Shown here: positions 26,326-38,929 of the stretch, piece after piece
How the letters are laid out: each line of letters starts with the position of its first letter
Position numbering within the stretch: the first letter of the stretch is position 1
Source of the DNA: Octopus sinensis
Taxonomy: Eukaryota
DNA length: 64,000 nucleotides
Assembly (NCBI RefSeq): GCF_006345805.1
Contig: NC_043002.1
Span: forward strand, 37,572,001 to 37,636,000
Reading direction: 5' to 3'
Translations under genes and position numbers: made by a program
Notes under the pieces: model-generated
What the model was told of the DNA's origin: nothing
The model's database searches: none
What the model saw: only the letters and a program-made list of their open reading frames with translations

Positions 26326-26879
26326 ATATACATATACTCATATTTATGTGTGTGTGTGTGTATGTATCACGTTGTGAATTTTAAATACCATATAGAATCA
26401 TTGAGTGCTCTTTCAGTTAACGTTCGAATACTTTTATGTGCGATATTATACTTAAAGCAGTAAGATTTCGCAATATCAAACTAAATAAATTTTTAATTTG
26501 TTTCGCGTATATATTGTCGAACCAATTGATAACCGAAGCGCCACTCTTCCCACGTGGGATGGCTCTGGCTTACATAATGGAAATGATAAGTGACTATTTC
26601 TTATAAATTTTGTGATGATATTGAAGAGAAATCTTATATATAAGGTGTTAACAATATCGTAAAGATATTTTGTTTTGGCAGAAGAGCCACGTAATTTTCC
26701 AGAGTTAGTAAAACATTTTAATTCTTTCTAAAATTTTTTATACAAGGTGTTTTCAAAGTCATTAGTACACATTTTGAAATTATTTTTTCTCAGTTATCAT
26801 AGCACGTCAAATTTAAATGCCTGCAATATCTTATTCATTTGTGAATGCTACTACAATTTTCAATCACAATAGAAGTGTG

Positions 26880-27845
26880 GTATTTGTTTCAGTTCTTTAC
26901 GCACTGAGTTCAAATTATACCGAGGTCAAATTTGACTCTCAACTTTCAGTGGACTCTTCCGGCTTTATGTTCTGAGTTTAAATTCCGTTGCGGTTCCCTT
27001 CCTCGTTCACCCTTTCGAGGTTGATAACATAACAAGCAGCCATGTACTGGGGTCAAATGTATTCGACTTCCTCCTCCCCTCAACATAGCTGGTCTTGATC
27101 CAAAATTAGAGAGTATTATTTATAAGTCAGCGAGCCGGCTGAATGCTTAGCTCGCCGGACAAAATGCTTAGCGACTCTTCGACAGTCTTTACACACTGAG
27201 ATCAAATTTTGTCAAGCATTGGCGGTTGACGTAATCGACTACGTCCCTTCCCTCAATTTTCAGGCCTTGTGCATATATTAGAAAGAGTCGAGCACTGAGG
27301 TTGCTGTAATCGACTTGTTCCCTCCCTCAAAATATCAGGCCTTGTGCCTATAGTAGAATGGATTATTATCATCATTATTATTGAGGCGGTGAGCTGGAAG
27401 AATCGTTAGCACGCTGGACGAAATGCTCAGCGGTATTTCGCCCGTTACAACGTTCTGAGTTCAAATTCCGCTGAAGTTGACTTTGCTTTTCATCCTATCG
27501 GGGATCAATGAATTAAGTACCAGTTACGCACTGGGGTCGATGTAATCAACTAGCCCTCTTCCTCAAATTTCAGGCCTTGTGCCTATAATAAGAAAGGATT
27601 ATTATTATTGCTATTGTTATTATTATTAAGGCGGCGAGCTGGCAGAATCATTAGCACACTGGGCGAAATGCTTAGCAGTACTTCGTCTGCCGCTACGTGC
27701 TGAGTTCAAGTTCCGCCGAGGTCGACTTTGCATTTCATCCTTTCGGGGTCGATAAATTAAGTACCAGTTAAGTGCTGGGACGACGATATAATCGACTAGT
27801 CCCCTCCCACCAAATTTGAGGCCTTCTGCTTCTAGTAGAAAGAAT
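26880..27845 (+). mobile_element. Tandem cluster of about 5-6 SINE B units with increasing conservation toward the right
   Basis: Repeated GAGTTCAAATT..., GGGGTCGATGTAATCGACT and CAGGCCTTGTGCCTATA..AGAA modules. Two near-complete units at 27383-27600 and 27627-27845. Confidence 0.85.
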
Positions 27846-28384
27846 TATTTTTATTATTTCAGATGGTCTTCCTTCGCCAGCCAGTTCTGATTTTTTCCCG
27901 TTGAATCGGTTAAAAACGTATCAGTTAAAAGTAAAAAAAATTGTTTAGAAAAAATGAAGTTATCCCCGAGAGATCTGTAAAAAACCTTTCCTACGCTACA
28001 CTTAAAATATTCAAAGGTAATGCGTATGCTTCCTCAATTTCTAATGCACTATTTTCTCTCATTATACTCTGAAGACGATCTTAATAAATAGAAGGAAGGT
28101 AAAAACACGGCCAAAGCCAGGTTATAACCCAGTTTAAGGAGCCAAGTTACCTGCGCACAACAGGGAAATTTGAATATGTATATATAATGATCTATATGTA
28201 TAAAAATAGCAAGATATTTCTGGAAACGAGATTATTTGAAAGACATTAGGGGGGAAAAAAGTGAAAATGCTAACACGGTGATCTACTATATATACACACA
28301 AAACATTAGATTGACATATATGTATGTTTGTGCAGAAGCGGTACCGTGGCCTGTAAAGTAAATATTTTATGAGTGGTTACTGCA

Positions 28385-28428
<44 letters not shown>

Positions 28429-28435
28429 AGAAAGT

Positions 28436-28985
28436 CTTTTATTCTTTTACTTGTTTTAGTCATTTAACTGGAGCACCGCCTTTTGTCGAGCAAATCGCCC
28501 CAGGACTTATTCTTTGTAAGCTTAGTACTTAGTCTATCGGTATATTTTGATGAACCGCTAAGTTACGGGGACATGAATACACCAACATTGATTGTCAAGC
28601 GATGGCGGGAGGACAGACACAGACACACAAATACATACATACACACATTTATATATATAGCGAGGGTCTAAAAGTTATTGGTACCTAGAAGACCCAGAGA
28701 GTGGCAGTAAGTGCTAAGGACAGACCATAGTTAAACTCTTGGTTCGATCTTGATACGAATGAGGAGTTTAATTTGGGTCATGTATTAGACTGCATATCAC
28801 TAAAACTACTACTTACTTTGGTATCACCCATCATACCGTTTCTCTACCCATCCCTTGATACAGCCTTATCATATCACTCCTACTATTGTAGAAGACACTT
28901 GTCCAAGGTGCCACGCAGTGGGACTGAACTCGGAACCATGTGGTTGGAAAGCAATCTCCTTACCACACAACCACTCCTGCGCCTA
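28436..28985 (-). mobile_element. SINE family C pieces (3' half 28436-28625; 5' head 28880-28985)
   Basis: TCTTTTACTTGTTTTAGTCATTT..GAGCACCGCC..., and GACACTTGTCCAAGGTGCCACGCAGTGGGACTGAACTCGGAACCATGTGGTTGG. Confidence 0.8.
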
Positions 28986-29203
28986 TTTATGTTGTGACGA
29001 TTGTATTCCATAATTGGTCAATTGTGGAACACAACTATCACTATATTAACATGATGATTGCGTAACGAATGAAAGTACTAGTTCTGTTTCTATATTGTAA
29101 AATTGTAAAACTGAAAAATTGCAAAAAATTGCAAAAAGAAAACGTGAAAATCAGACTAAGTTGGAATTTCAGTGATTAATATATATATATATATATATTA
29201 TAC

Positions 29204-29234
<31 letters not shown>

Positions 29235-29545
29235 TATATAATATTATATAGAGGGTACTATTATTCATAGGTACCGCACGCCTAGGAGGGACTTTTGCAG
29301 TCAAAACTACTAAAATAAACAAATTGTACCGAATGCAAAACTTCAAGCAAGTCATTTAAAAACAGAATTTAGTTACAAATCACCGTGATTCGCAATCAAT
29401 GCAGAATATGCATTTTATGCTCTCAGTGCAACGAACTCAAGAAATAAGAAAAAGCACAACATTACAAAATTTACAGATTTTTCTCTTACGAGGTTTCACG
29501 CTAACTACTGATAATTTCTTATAAAGATTTTATCCTTAATTTTAA

Positions 29546-29598
<53 letters not shown>

Positions 29599-29634
29599 TA
29601 TATATATATAGATAGATAGATAGATAGATAGATA

Positions 29635-29830
29635 GGGAGAGTTTACGAAAAACAAACAAAAGACGACGACAGGTAGTGTACAAAACAAACATGTATTAGT
29701 ATAACGCTCAGGAATAGAAAAAGTCTTTTACGTTTCGAGCCTACGCACTTCTACAGAAAGGGACACAGAAAAAAACAAGGTGAGAAACAAAGAGAGAAAA
29801 AAATGTGTGTAGTGGCTAACGATCTGTCAT
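29635..29830 (-). mobile_element. PLE-like terminal repeat family E with hammerhead-like motif (29724-29760)
   Basis: Reverse complement: CCCTTT-CTGTAGA-A-GTGC(GTAG)GCTC-GAAAC-GTA-AAAGAC. Confidence 0.75.
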
Positions 29831-29929
29831 GATGACCGACTCGGACACATTTACATACATATGCACATATACATACATATGCATATATATATATATACCT
29901 TTAAATATATATATGTATATATGTGCATT

Positions 29930-29961
<32 letters not shown>

Positions 29962-31007
29962 TCCACATACATATATACTTATATATAATTGTCTCTCTCT
30001 CTCAGTCCTCCCTCTGTCTATATAGATACATTATATGTACACACATACATATATATATATATAGATATATATATATATATATATAGATATATATCTACCA
30101 TATATACCGAATATAATATATATATATATCCACGAATATATACAAACTCATCTCTACACATGTGTATATGTACATATATGTGTACACATAAACGCACACA
30201 TGTATATAGAACAGTAATGTCCCAAAGCCACTGATGGCCTTTAATGTATAAACGGGAAAATATTCTGAAAATATACGGGTTGTATTAGATGCTAAAAGAA
30301 CAGACATTTTGTAAAAAGCTTTTCTAACTAATAATAATTCTTTTTATTTTCACTAAATATGTAAAATATCTCTGTTTGTTCTCAAATATTACCGAACAAA
30401 GGTAGAATATAAACAGAATAAAGTAGAATATGATTTTCGCAAAGATGAAAGTACTAATTGAAATTACTTAACAATGATCGCTTCCATTTTGCCTTATAAT
30501 GTGTTACTGTTGTTGATCGCTTACGTATAGTTATATCTGACTTTCCGTGAATACCTACTTCCTTGTGTTTCATGCATCTGACACGTTGAATATTTATGCG
30601 TAACTGTGTTATGCTTATACATATTTCTCTATATTTCTATATGTGTGAATTTCTGCGTGTCAATACAGTGTCACAACACTCGTGCATGCACACGTAACAT
30701 AATGATCATAAGAAGAATTATTCTTTTCTTTATAAGAAATACATTAACGGGTTAGCGCATGAAGAATACTGTCAGTTTCAAAACCATTGTTTTACGGCAT
30801 TCCTCAGGCTGTCCGCTTTTGTAGACTATAGGATGACACATTTAACTATGTTAAATTCGTGACCCGGTTATATAAAGAATGGTTTCGATACGAAACAGTA
30901 GTCATAATGGCCAGGTGGTTAATATATTACTTAAAAGAACTAAAATATTATCTTTTGGCTTTGTAATTATGAGTATTCGCGTATTTTGACTTCTCATTTT
31001 GCGATCA

Positions 31008-31115
<108 letters not shown>

Positions 31116-31167
31116 TGTATGATTGTATGTATACATAATATATATATACATAATACATATATACATA

Positions 31168-31352
31168 TTTCGCTTTTGGATTTGGTTTGTAAGATTCTTT
31201 ATATGAGTTCGTGTGTTGAAGCATATTTTGTTGTGTCTGCGGAGAGTCAAGACGCAACGAAAATAAAGATAAGAATTAAGTGGAAATTTTACCGGTGAGT
31301 GTGTTACATTATAAGGCACAAAAAGAAAATGACTCTCCCCAGACACAACAGT
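31168..31352. mobile_element. Foldback family copy with most of the left inner arm deleted
   Basis: ...TGTTGTGTCTGCGGAGAGTC joins directly to AAGACGCAACGAAAAT...GACTCTCCCCAGACACAACA. Confidence 0.85.
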
Positions 31353-32161
31353 ATATATATGTATATATGTACAAGTACCCAGGCCTATTCACCATTTTTT
31401 AGGAGGGATAGCCACAACAAGACACACACAAGGCATTCTATTCATTTCCCAGCTCAAAGAGGCTAGCCGCGTCCTGAGCTCGGGTCAAGGCATAGAACGC
31501 AACCACCAATATCAGAAGCGGAGCCCGACAGCATATGCTGGTTTACCCCCCGCCGCATCATACTCGTTCCGGATTCCTTTGAGTAACATCAAATTCTCTC
31601 TCTCGCCCCAACACCTCTAACCACCAAAGCTTTTCTCACTACATCCACCCACACATACCGAGGTCTGCTTCTGGTTCTGTTGTCTATCTCTTCTGCCTTC
31701 ATTGCCCTCCTTACCATCCGGTCGAACAAATTTTCTCATAAGGCGATGATCAGCCGATGGAATAATGCAAATGATCCGGATCCGAAACCACTGGGTTGCA
31801 AAGCGAACTTCTTAGCCATACACCCATGCCTGTGCGTGCATGCATCCATCCATCTATCCATCCATACATACATATTGTTTATGTGACCCCAAGTACTTAT
31901 TTTTTTAAACACACACACACTCAACACACACATATTCTTTATTCGTAAATTAAGGCTACCATTGGTTTCATGTTACGAAGATTCGGAAAATATCCAACAT
32001 GAAATTAATCATAGCCTTAATTCACAAATAAGGAAATTATTTATCCACCAATGCGGTATTGAGTACTCATTCCATCGTCCTACATTTACGTGTATGTGTG
32101 TATATATACATATATATACATGTGTGTGTATATATATGAAGATGTATGCATGTAATATATA

Positions 32162-32213
<52 letters not shown>

Positions 32214-32558
32214 CATACATACATACATACGACAATATCGTGAACAATTATTATGATGGCAATGGCTGACAATAACAGTAGCGATGCGACAAGAACGACA
32301 ATGCGGTGGTAACGAATCCATTTTCTCGATTAAGCCCATGATTTATTCTATATTCTGTTATTTTATATATATATGTGTATGTATGTATGTATGTATGTAT
32401 GTATGTATGTATGTATATCCCGTTTGTTCTCTCTTTCCCTTGCCAAAAATTGACAATTGATATAAAAGAAAGATACCACCACTACCACCACCACCACCAC
32501 CACCACACGAAGATGTATGTATGTAATATATATTCACACACAAAAACACACCTGAATA

Positions 32559-32592
<34 letters not shown>

Positions 32593-32794
32593 TATATATA
32601 TATATCTGACTCACACACATATATATACACATATGTATATGTATATATATATATATATATATATAGATATATATATACACGTGTATATATACATATATAC
32701 ATAATTATAAGCACATAATTATATATATATACATATATAAATTACTTATATATGTGTGTGTATGTATGCATATACACATATATTTTACATATAT

Positions 32795-32894
32795 NNNNNN
32801 NNNNNNNNNNNNNNNNNNNNNNNNNNNNNNNNNNNNNNNNNNNNNNNNNNNNNNNNNNNNNNNNNNNNNNNNNNNNNNNNNNNNNNNNNNNNNN
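32795..32894. other. Assembly gap (100 N)
   Basis: Run of 100 N characters. Confidence 1.
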
Positions 32895-34190
32895 AGAGCG
32901 CTAATTAAGAAACCGTTCTTTCCTAATGATAAAATGTCATTTCCTGAAACATTTTTGACGTCACATATGTCACATGACGACGGTGTGCCCGGGATCCAAT
33001 GAGATGAACTCAATATCTCCTGTGACGGCCGTTAGCATTGATTACCGCTGGACATCTGTACTTTGAATGCGTCAAACGATTGATGAAGGCCATGGGGATA
33101 GCAGCCAACACTGTATTAAAACTTGCTGTGAGTTGTGCCGCAGTTGTCGACCTAGCACGGATGCCATTTAGCCCTCTTTGGATTTCGTCCCACGGGTGCT
33201 CTATGGGGTTCATGACCAGACTTAAGGCAGACTATAGCAGTGTCTCGACGTTGTGTTGTCAACCTGGCTGTATGTGCACGGACGTTGTCGTGTTGGAACG
33301 CGTGATTCCAATGACAGACAAAGTCTGGCAGAATGTGAGGACCCAACACTTAGTTGATGTAGCATGAAGCGGTTACTCCATTGCCTGAAATTGGCTGACA
33401 TTGTGGAAGATCACCGGTCCAAGTTTCTTATTTCTTTACTGCCCACAGGGGGCTAAACATAGAGGAGATAAACCAGGAAAGACACAGAGATTAAGATGAT
33501 TACATCGACCCCAGTACGCAACTGGTACTTAATTTATCGACCCCAAAAGGTTGAAAGGCAAAGTCGACCTCGGCGGAATTTGAACTCAGAACGTAATGGC
33601 AGACGAAATAACGCTAAGCATATCACCCGGCGTGCAAACGTTTCTGCCAGTTCGCCGCCTTTACTGGTTCAAGTTTTTGGGTGAGTGCAATCCTTCCGCA
33701 TACTATGATGCTCTGTCCTCCCATGAATCTCTCTCCGACACACAGCTATCGGCATGACTTTCACTCCTCCTAACCCTAGCTCAGCCATCTGCCACAAAAA
33801 TGCATTATCAACTTTCGTCAGAGAAGACTACTGTCCTCCATTGCTGATAGCGCCAGTTCTGACGTTTTTGAGTCCATTGCTGACGTGCCGGTGCATGGAC
33901 GATCTGTGAGGATGGGGGCATCTAGTCGGACGTCGATGAGACACATTGAAAGAGCTCAGCCGGCGGCGAACTCCTCTGGGTCTGCCTAGCTGATTCCAAT
34001 GCACCCCCGGAATCGGTCCTGCAAGTGCTGTCAGTGCCGTTGTAACCCTCGGTGGGCCACTGCGTGGACGATCATCAGTGCTGTTTGTGGCATTGTGTCG
34101 TTCACTCAGCCGCTCAACTGTCCGAAATTTGCAGTTCAAGTCATTAGTAATGACACATGGACGTTGACCAGCATGGATTTTTCCGATGGC
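32895..34190 (-). mobile_element. Decayed Tc1 (DD34E-type) transposon interrupted by SINE B
   Basis: Minus-strand fragments in the correct order: 'DDRPRSGPPRVTT', 'QQWRTVVFSDES', 'FQHDNVRAHTAR', 'MNPIEHPWDEIQR...AVINANGRHRRY*'. Confidence 0.9.
33429..33662 (-). mobile_element. SINE family B inserted into Tc1
   Basis: Full head and body. Imperfect 16-bp flanking duplication ACCGGTCCAAGTTTCT (33413-33428) / ACTGGTTCAAGTTTTT (33663-33678). Confidence 0.88.
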
Positions 34191-34212
34191 TTACTCCCTG
34201 TGATTCCGTGTC

Positions 34213-34400
34213 AGTCTCTGGCAGAAGATAATGGCAAACTTCTGCTGACTCTTTGGCCACAACTTTCTCTTACTCTTTCCTCCTGCATCTTGCAGCTCAC
34301 CTGCGACGGACCGGCGTCCCGTCCAGGTAGGGAACCTATACGCTAAGGAAACGGGGAAACCGGTTCTTATGAGCCAGGTGTGTCTCGAGAACTCGAGAAA
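34213..34400 (+). mobile_element. SINE family A variant, 5'-truncated
   Basis: CTGGCAGAAGATAATGGCAAACTTCTGCTGACTCTTTGGCCACAACTTTCTCT...CTGCGACGGACCGGCGTCCCGTCCAGG is nearly identical to 13810-13985. Confidence 0.85.
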
Positions 34401-34405
34401 GAACA

Positions 34406-34440
<35 letters not shown>

Positions 34441-34442
<2 letters not shown>

Positions 34443-34641
34443 AGGGAGGGTTTACGAAAAAAACAACAACAAAAGACGAAGACAGGTGGTGTACAAAACA
34501 AACAGATGTATTTGTATTAGTATAACGCTCAGGAATAGAAAAATTCTTTTACGTTTCGAGCCTACGCTCTTTTACAGAAAGGGACACAGGAAAAACAAGG
34601 AGAGAAAAAAATGTGTGTAGTGGCTAACGATCTATCATGGC

Positions 34642-34645
<4 letters not shown>
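34441..34645 (-). mobile_element. PLE-like terminal repeat family E with decayed hammerhead-like motif (34546-34581)
   Basis: Reverse complement: CCCTTT-CTGTAAA-A-GAGC(GTAG)GCTC-GAAAC-GTA-AAAG. Highly similar to 29635-29830. Confidence 0.75.
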
Positions 34646-34687
<42 letters not shown>

Positions 34688-35609
34688 TGTATATGAGCTT
34701 GTATGAGTATGAATATGAATATGCATATATTTATATATACCTATGTATATACATAATATACTTATATACGTTTGTGTATTTGGTGGGATGTATACTATGT
34801 AAAAGAGTTACTTTCATGCGGAGCGTTGTGTAGTAGAACTTAGGGGTTTATTTCAAACAGTCACGGCAGAAACGAAATCATGAAAAATATAAGAAAACTT
34901 TGATTTACACTTTTTAAGCCTTATTTCATAATTCAGTATTTTGGCGATAAAATACTTCAATCCAGAAACTCGACGAATAAGCTTAGCTGTTATGTTCACA
35001 AAGATGTGCCGCTGACCACACACATGAACAATTGCACATGCACACACGTACACACAGACACACACCACGCAGCATACACTTATGCACACACACACACGCA
35101 AACACATATACACACACGTGTCTGTAAAGAGCCGAGTGTTGAACTTGGAACCGCGTGACTGAGAAGCGATCTTCTTAAGTGTATAGCCTTTCATGTATTT
35201 GTATGTGTACGCACATGTGTGTATGTGTATATGTATAGGAGAGAGAGAGAGAAAGAGAGAGAAAGTGAAGGATGTGAGAGAGAAAGTGAGAGAGTGAGAG
35301 AGAGAGAGAGAGAGAACATGTGTGTGGGTGTACTCTCACACGTATACACAACCTGTATAGACGTATGTAGAGAGCTAGGCGAATTAGTGCGCTTGCACGT
35401 AAATATTGACGCGGACACAAACTTCAACACATAAAAATCAAGCAGCTCACTCAACCACTCATTCACAAATGAACCATTATAATTGTATATAAACAAAGTA
35501 ATATGCATACATCATATATGATCAGAACCATACCTACAGCCATTCATAACGGCAGACAGACAAACGGATTCTGAAAGAATTCCGTCGTATATATATATAT
35601 ATACGAAGA

Positions 35610-36140
35610 ATAAGTTCTGGGGTCGATTAGTTCGACTAAAATTCTTCAACGCGGTGCCCCAGCGTGGCCGAAGTCTAATGACTAAAACAAAATAAAAGAA
35701 TATAATATATATTCTTTTATTCTTTTACTTGTTTCAGTCATTTGACTGAGGTCATGCAGGGCACCGCCTTAAAGGGTTATAGTTCACAAAATCGATCCCA
35801 AAACTTATTCTTTGTAAATCTAGTACTTATTCTACCGGTGTATTTTGCCGAACCGCTAACTACGAGGATGTAAATACGCCAACGCCGGTTGTCAAGCGGT
35901 GATGGGGCTGGGTAGACAAACACAGATACAAAGAGACACACACATAAATATATTCACATACACGCATGCACACACACACACACACATACGAAAGGCTTCT
36001 TTCGGTTTCCGTCTACCAAATTCAATCACAAGGCTTTGGTCAGCCCGAGGCTATAGTTGAATACACTTGCCCAAAGTGCCACGCTGTGAGACTGAACCCG
36101 GAGCCATGTGGTTGGGAAGCAAACTTCTTACCACACAGCC
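35610..36140 (-). mobile_element. SINE family C full copy (35715-36140, -), tail-to-tail with a + strand tail (35610-35700)
   Basis: All diagnostic C modules present. The two 3' tails face each other. Confidence 0.85.
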
Positions 36141-36430
36141 ACATATTCATACAGAGACAAAATATTTGATTTAAAAAGAAGGTATCAAAGGTAAATAGAA
36201 AAATTAAGGGAAAATATCAGCACTTTATACATCATGGAATAATTAAATATATAAGCAATGATAAGATTATTATACGTGTACTTCTTTGCATTTACAATAA
36301 TACATCCAGCTACCTCTACCTCATCATTCATATCTGCAGTCATATATATACTTGTGCATGTATGTATATGTATACATACACATATGTATACGCACATATA
36401 TTCATATATGCATACATTATGTATATATGC

Positions 36431-36491
<61 letters not shown>

Positions 36492-36619
36492 GTATACATG
36501 TATATATATATATATATATATAAATACATGATGCACGCGTATCAGTAAAAATCACATCATTGGTATGCCGAGACACATTCTCGTATACAATTTAATTTTG
36601 CCTTTTCCACTCTCGTACC

Positions 36620-36793
36620 ACTTCTCTCTCTCTCTCTCTCTGCCTCTCTGTCTGTCTGCCTCTCTGTCTGTCTGCCTCTCTCTCTCTCTCCTCTCTTACT
36701 CTGCCATTTTCTCTCTCTCTATGTCTTTCACTCTCTCTCGCTGTTAGTTCCTCCAGTACGCGTATACACGCATTGGCACATATTTGTATACAT

Positions 36794-36885
<92 letters not shown>

Positions 36886-36925
36886 CAAACCTATGCTTAT
36901 GTATACATATACGTGGTATACATAC

Positions 36926-36992
<67 letters not shown>

Positions 36993-37150
36993 AATACACA
37001 CATTCATATTGATATGTATATATATGTGTGTGTGTGTGTGCTTGTATGTGTGTGTGTGTGTGCTTGTATGTGTGTGTGTGTGCTTGTATGTGTATGTGTG
37101 AGTATTTATGAATGTATGTATGTATCAGCGCACACATACGCACGCACGCA
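36620..37150. repeat. (CT)n, (TATC)n, (TA)n, (TG)n microsatellite cluster
   Basis: Read directly from the sequence. Confidence 0.94.
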
Positions 37151-37745
37151 CGCATAAACTCACACGCGCGCACAAATAAAATTACATACGCAGAGACATG
37201 CATTAATTCTACAACCGAATGTATTCATCAATCCATATTTATGTCCGTTCTTCGCTCTATCATTTCATTTATTCATCCATTTGTTTATCCTTTCGTCTAG
37301 CCAACCATCTTATCCATCCATCGATCCGTCCGTCCGTCTGTCCATCCATATATTCGTCCATCCATCCATAAATCCATCCGTTCGTCCGTCCGACCGGTCT
37401 ACACTCCAAGTTTTCTATTTAACAATTTGAACATCCTTGGATCCACCCATTTCTACCTACGTAGATAACCCCCTCCATCCCATTCCCCTCTTCCTATCCT
37501 TCATCATTATAAAGACAGTCCTCTTTGTCATTACTGCCACTCGTCGTAACCGTTCACCATATTTCCATCAGACACCAAATACTACATCATATATTACCCA
37601 ATTAATTTTAGATATGTTCATTCATCCGTACATACACATGTTCAAACAGGGGAAGCCTCACTGTTGTCTCTAAACTTGCTAGAAGTAGCAACCAAATCGC
37701 TCACTCGTATTACATCTTACAGTCTTTAATATTAGGGCGTATTTT

Positions 37746-37968
37746 AAGGCGGCGAGCTGGCAGGATCGTTAACATGACGGGCAAAATGCTTAGCGGCATT
37801 TCGTTCGTCCTTATGTTCTGAGTTCAAGTTCCATCGATGTCGACTTTGCCTTTTATCATTTCGGAGTCGATAAAATAAGTATCAGACGAGAGTACTGGGG
37901 GTCGATGTAATCGGCTCACACCCTTCCCGGTCTTGCTGGCCTTGTACCAAAAATTGGAAACCAATATT
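37746..37968 (+). mobile_element. SINE family B
   Basis: TAAGGCGGCGAGCTGGCAGGATCGTTAAC...GTCGACTTTGCCTTTTATC...GGCCTTGTACCAAAAATTGGAAACCAAT. Confidence 0.85.
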
Positions 37969-37999
37969 AGGACATATTTGTAATGTAGTTCTACCTGTT

Positions 38000-38345
38000 T
38001 GAAACAGCGGGCTGATTAAAATTGGAACACCTGTCAGTTCGAACTATACAAACCATAACTACCCAACACCATTATCCTCCAATAATTGCACAGCTCCACA
38101 CACTACAAAAAACAACACGAACCCCACACTCACATCTTCCCATAAGCCTATTTTCACACACGGAGACACCCCTCTACTTGCACATACCACCTTGCTTAAT
38201 CTTATATTTTCCCATTCTTCTTTTCCTTCCTTTTTCCCTGATGAAGGACAAACATTCGAAACGTCGAAGACTATTTCTTCACCGTTTACATTTTAAAACA
38301 ATAACAACTTTGTTAAAACTTGTCCCTCTCATTTTTTTCATTAGT
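38000..38345 (+). mobile_element. PLE-like terminal region with canonical-core hammerhead-like motif
   Basis: C/A-rich then pyrimidine-rich lead-in, the motif at 38238-38270, then AAGACTATT..TTCACCG, which is also seen after the 45729 motif. Confidence 0.55.
38233..38270 (+). ncRNA. Minimal type-I hammerhead ribozyme-like motif (canonical CUGAUGA core, GUC triplet)
   Basis: TTTCC-CTGATGA-A-GGA(CAAACA)TTC-GAAAC-GTC-GAAGA. Stem I has one mismatch. Confidence 0.62.
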
Positions 38346-38474
38346 CCTCATTACCTAATATATATATATATATACATGTGTACTAATAAAGGATAAAATA
38401 AAAAAAAATATCAGTGGCCAACATATAAACAAATAGACCGATTAAGGTGAAAATATATATATAATTATAATTAA

Positions 38475-38607
38475 GGGCCTAGAAAAAATTTCCAGCCTAA
38501 ATACTGAAAATAGACGCTAAATCGTCTCACCATTTTGTGATTTTTAAAGTGGTGAGACGATTTAGCGTCTATTTTCAACATATAGGCTGGAAATTTTTTC
38601 TGTACCC
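38475..38607. mobile_element. MITE with ~58-bp TIRs and TTAA target duplication (Kolobok-like termini)
   Basis: TTAA|GGGCCTAGAAAAAATTTCCAGCCTA...ATCGTCTCACCA / TGGTGAGACGAT...GGCTGGAAATTTTTTCTGTACCC|TTAA. Confidence 0.8.
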
Positions 38608-38633
38608 TTAAATTGTAATGATATATATATCAC

Positions 38634-38742
38634 CGTGACCGACCAGGTTATCAAATGTTGCTACACATCGCTGGTCACAATGCGCTTCGCATTGCTTTTA
38701 GCCTTCAAATGACGCCACCCCGCTGGCTAAGCGAGCAGGCCA
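38634..38742 (-). mobile_element. SINE 3' tail fragment (recalled as an octopus SINE tail)
   Basis: ATCACCGTGACCGACCAGGTTATCAAATGTTGCTACACATCGCTGGTCACAATGCGCTTCGCATTG...GCTAAGCGAGCAGGCCAA. Recognised from memory only; there is no second copy in the window. Confidence 0.5.
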
Positions 38743-38929
38743 ATAATATATAATATATATATATATAACAATTTGTATAGTGGTTCAAGGTATCTTACAC
38801 TCATGTAACTACATAGTTACCATTGCACTACCATTTGCAGACATGACGTGCTCACATACGCACGTACAAGCGTTCTCATTCTTTGCACATGTTTATGATG
38901 AAATACGTTTGAATAAATGTGCGATTGTA

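Noticed and set aside
31380-31700. GC-richer unique-looking block
   Set aside because: No ORF, structure or second copy could be established by eye. It is probably a repeat fragment.
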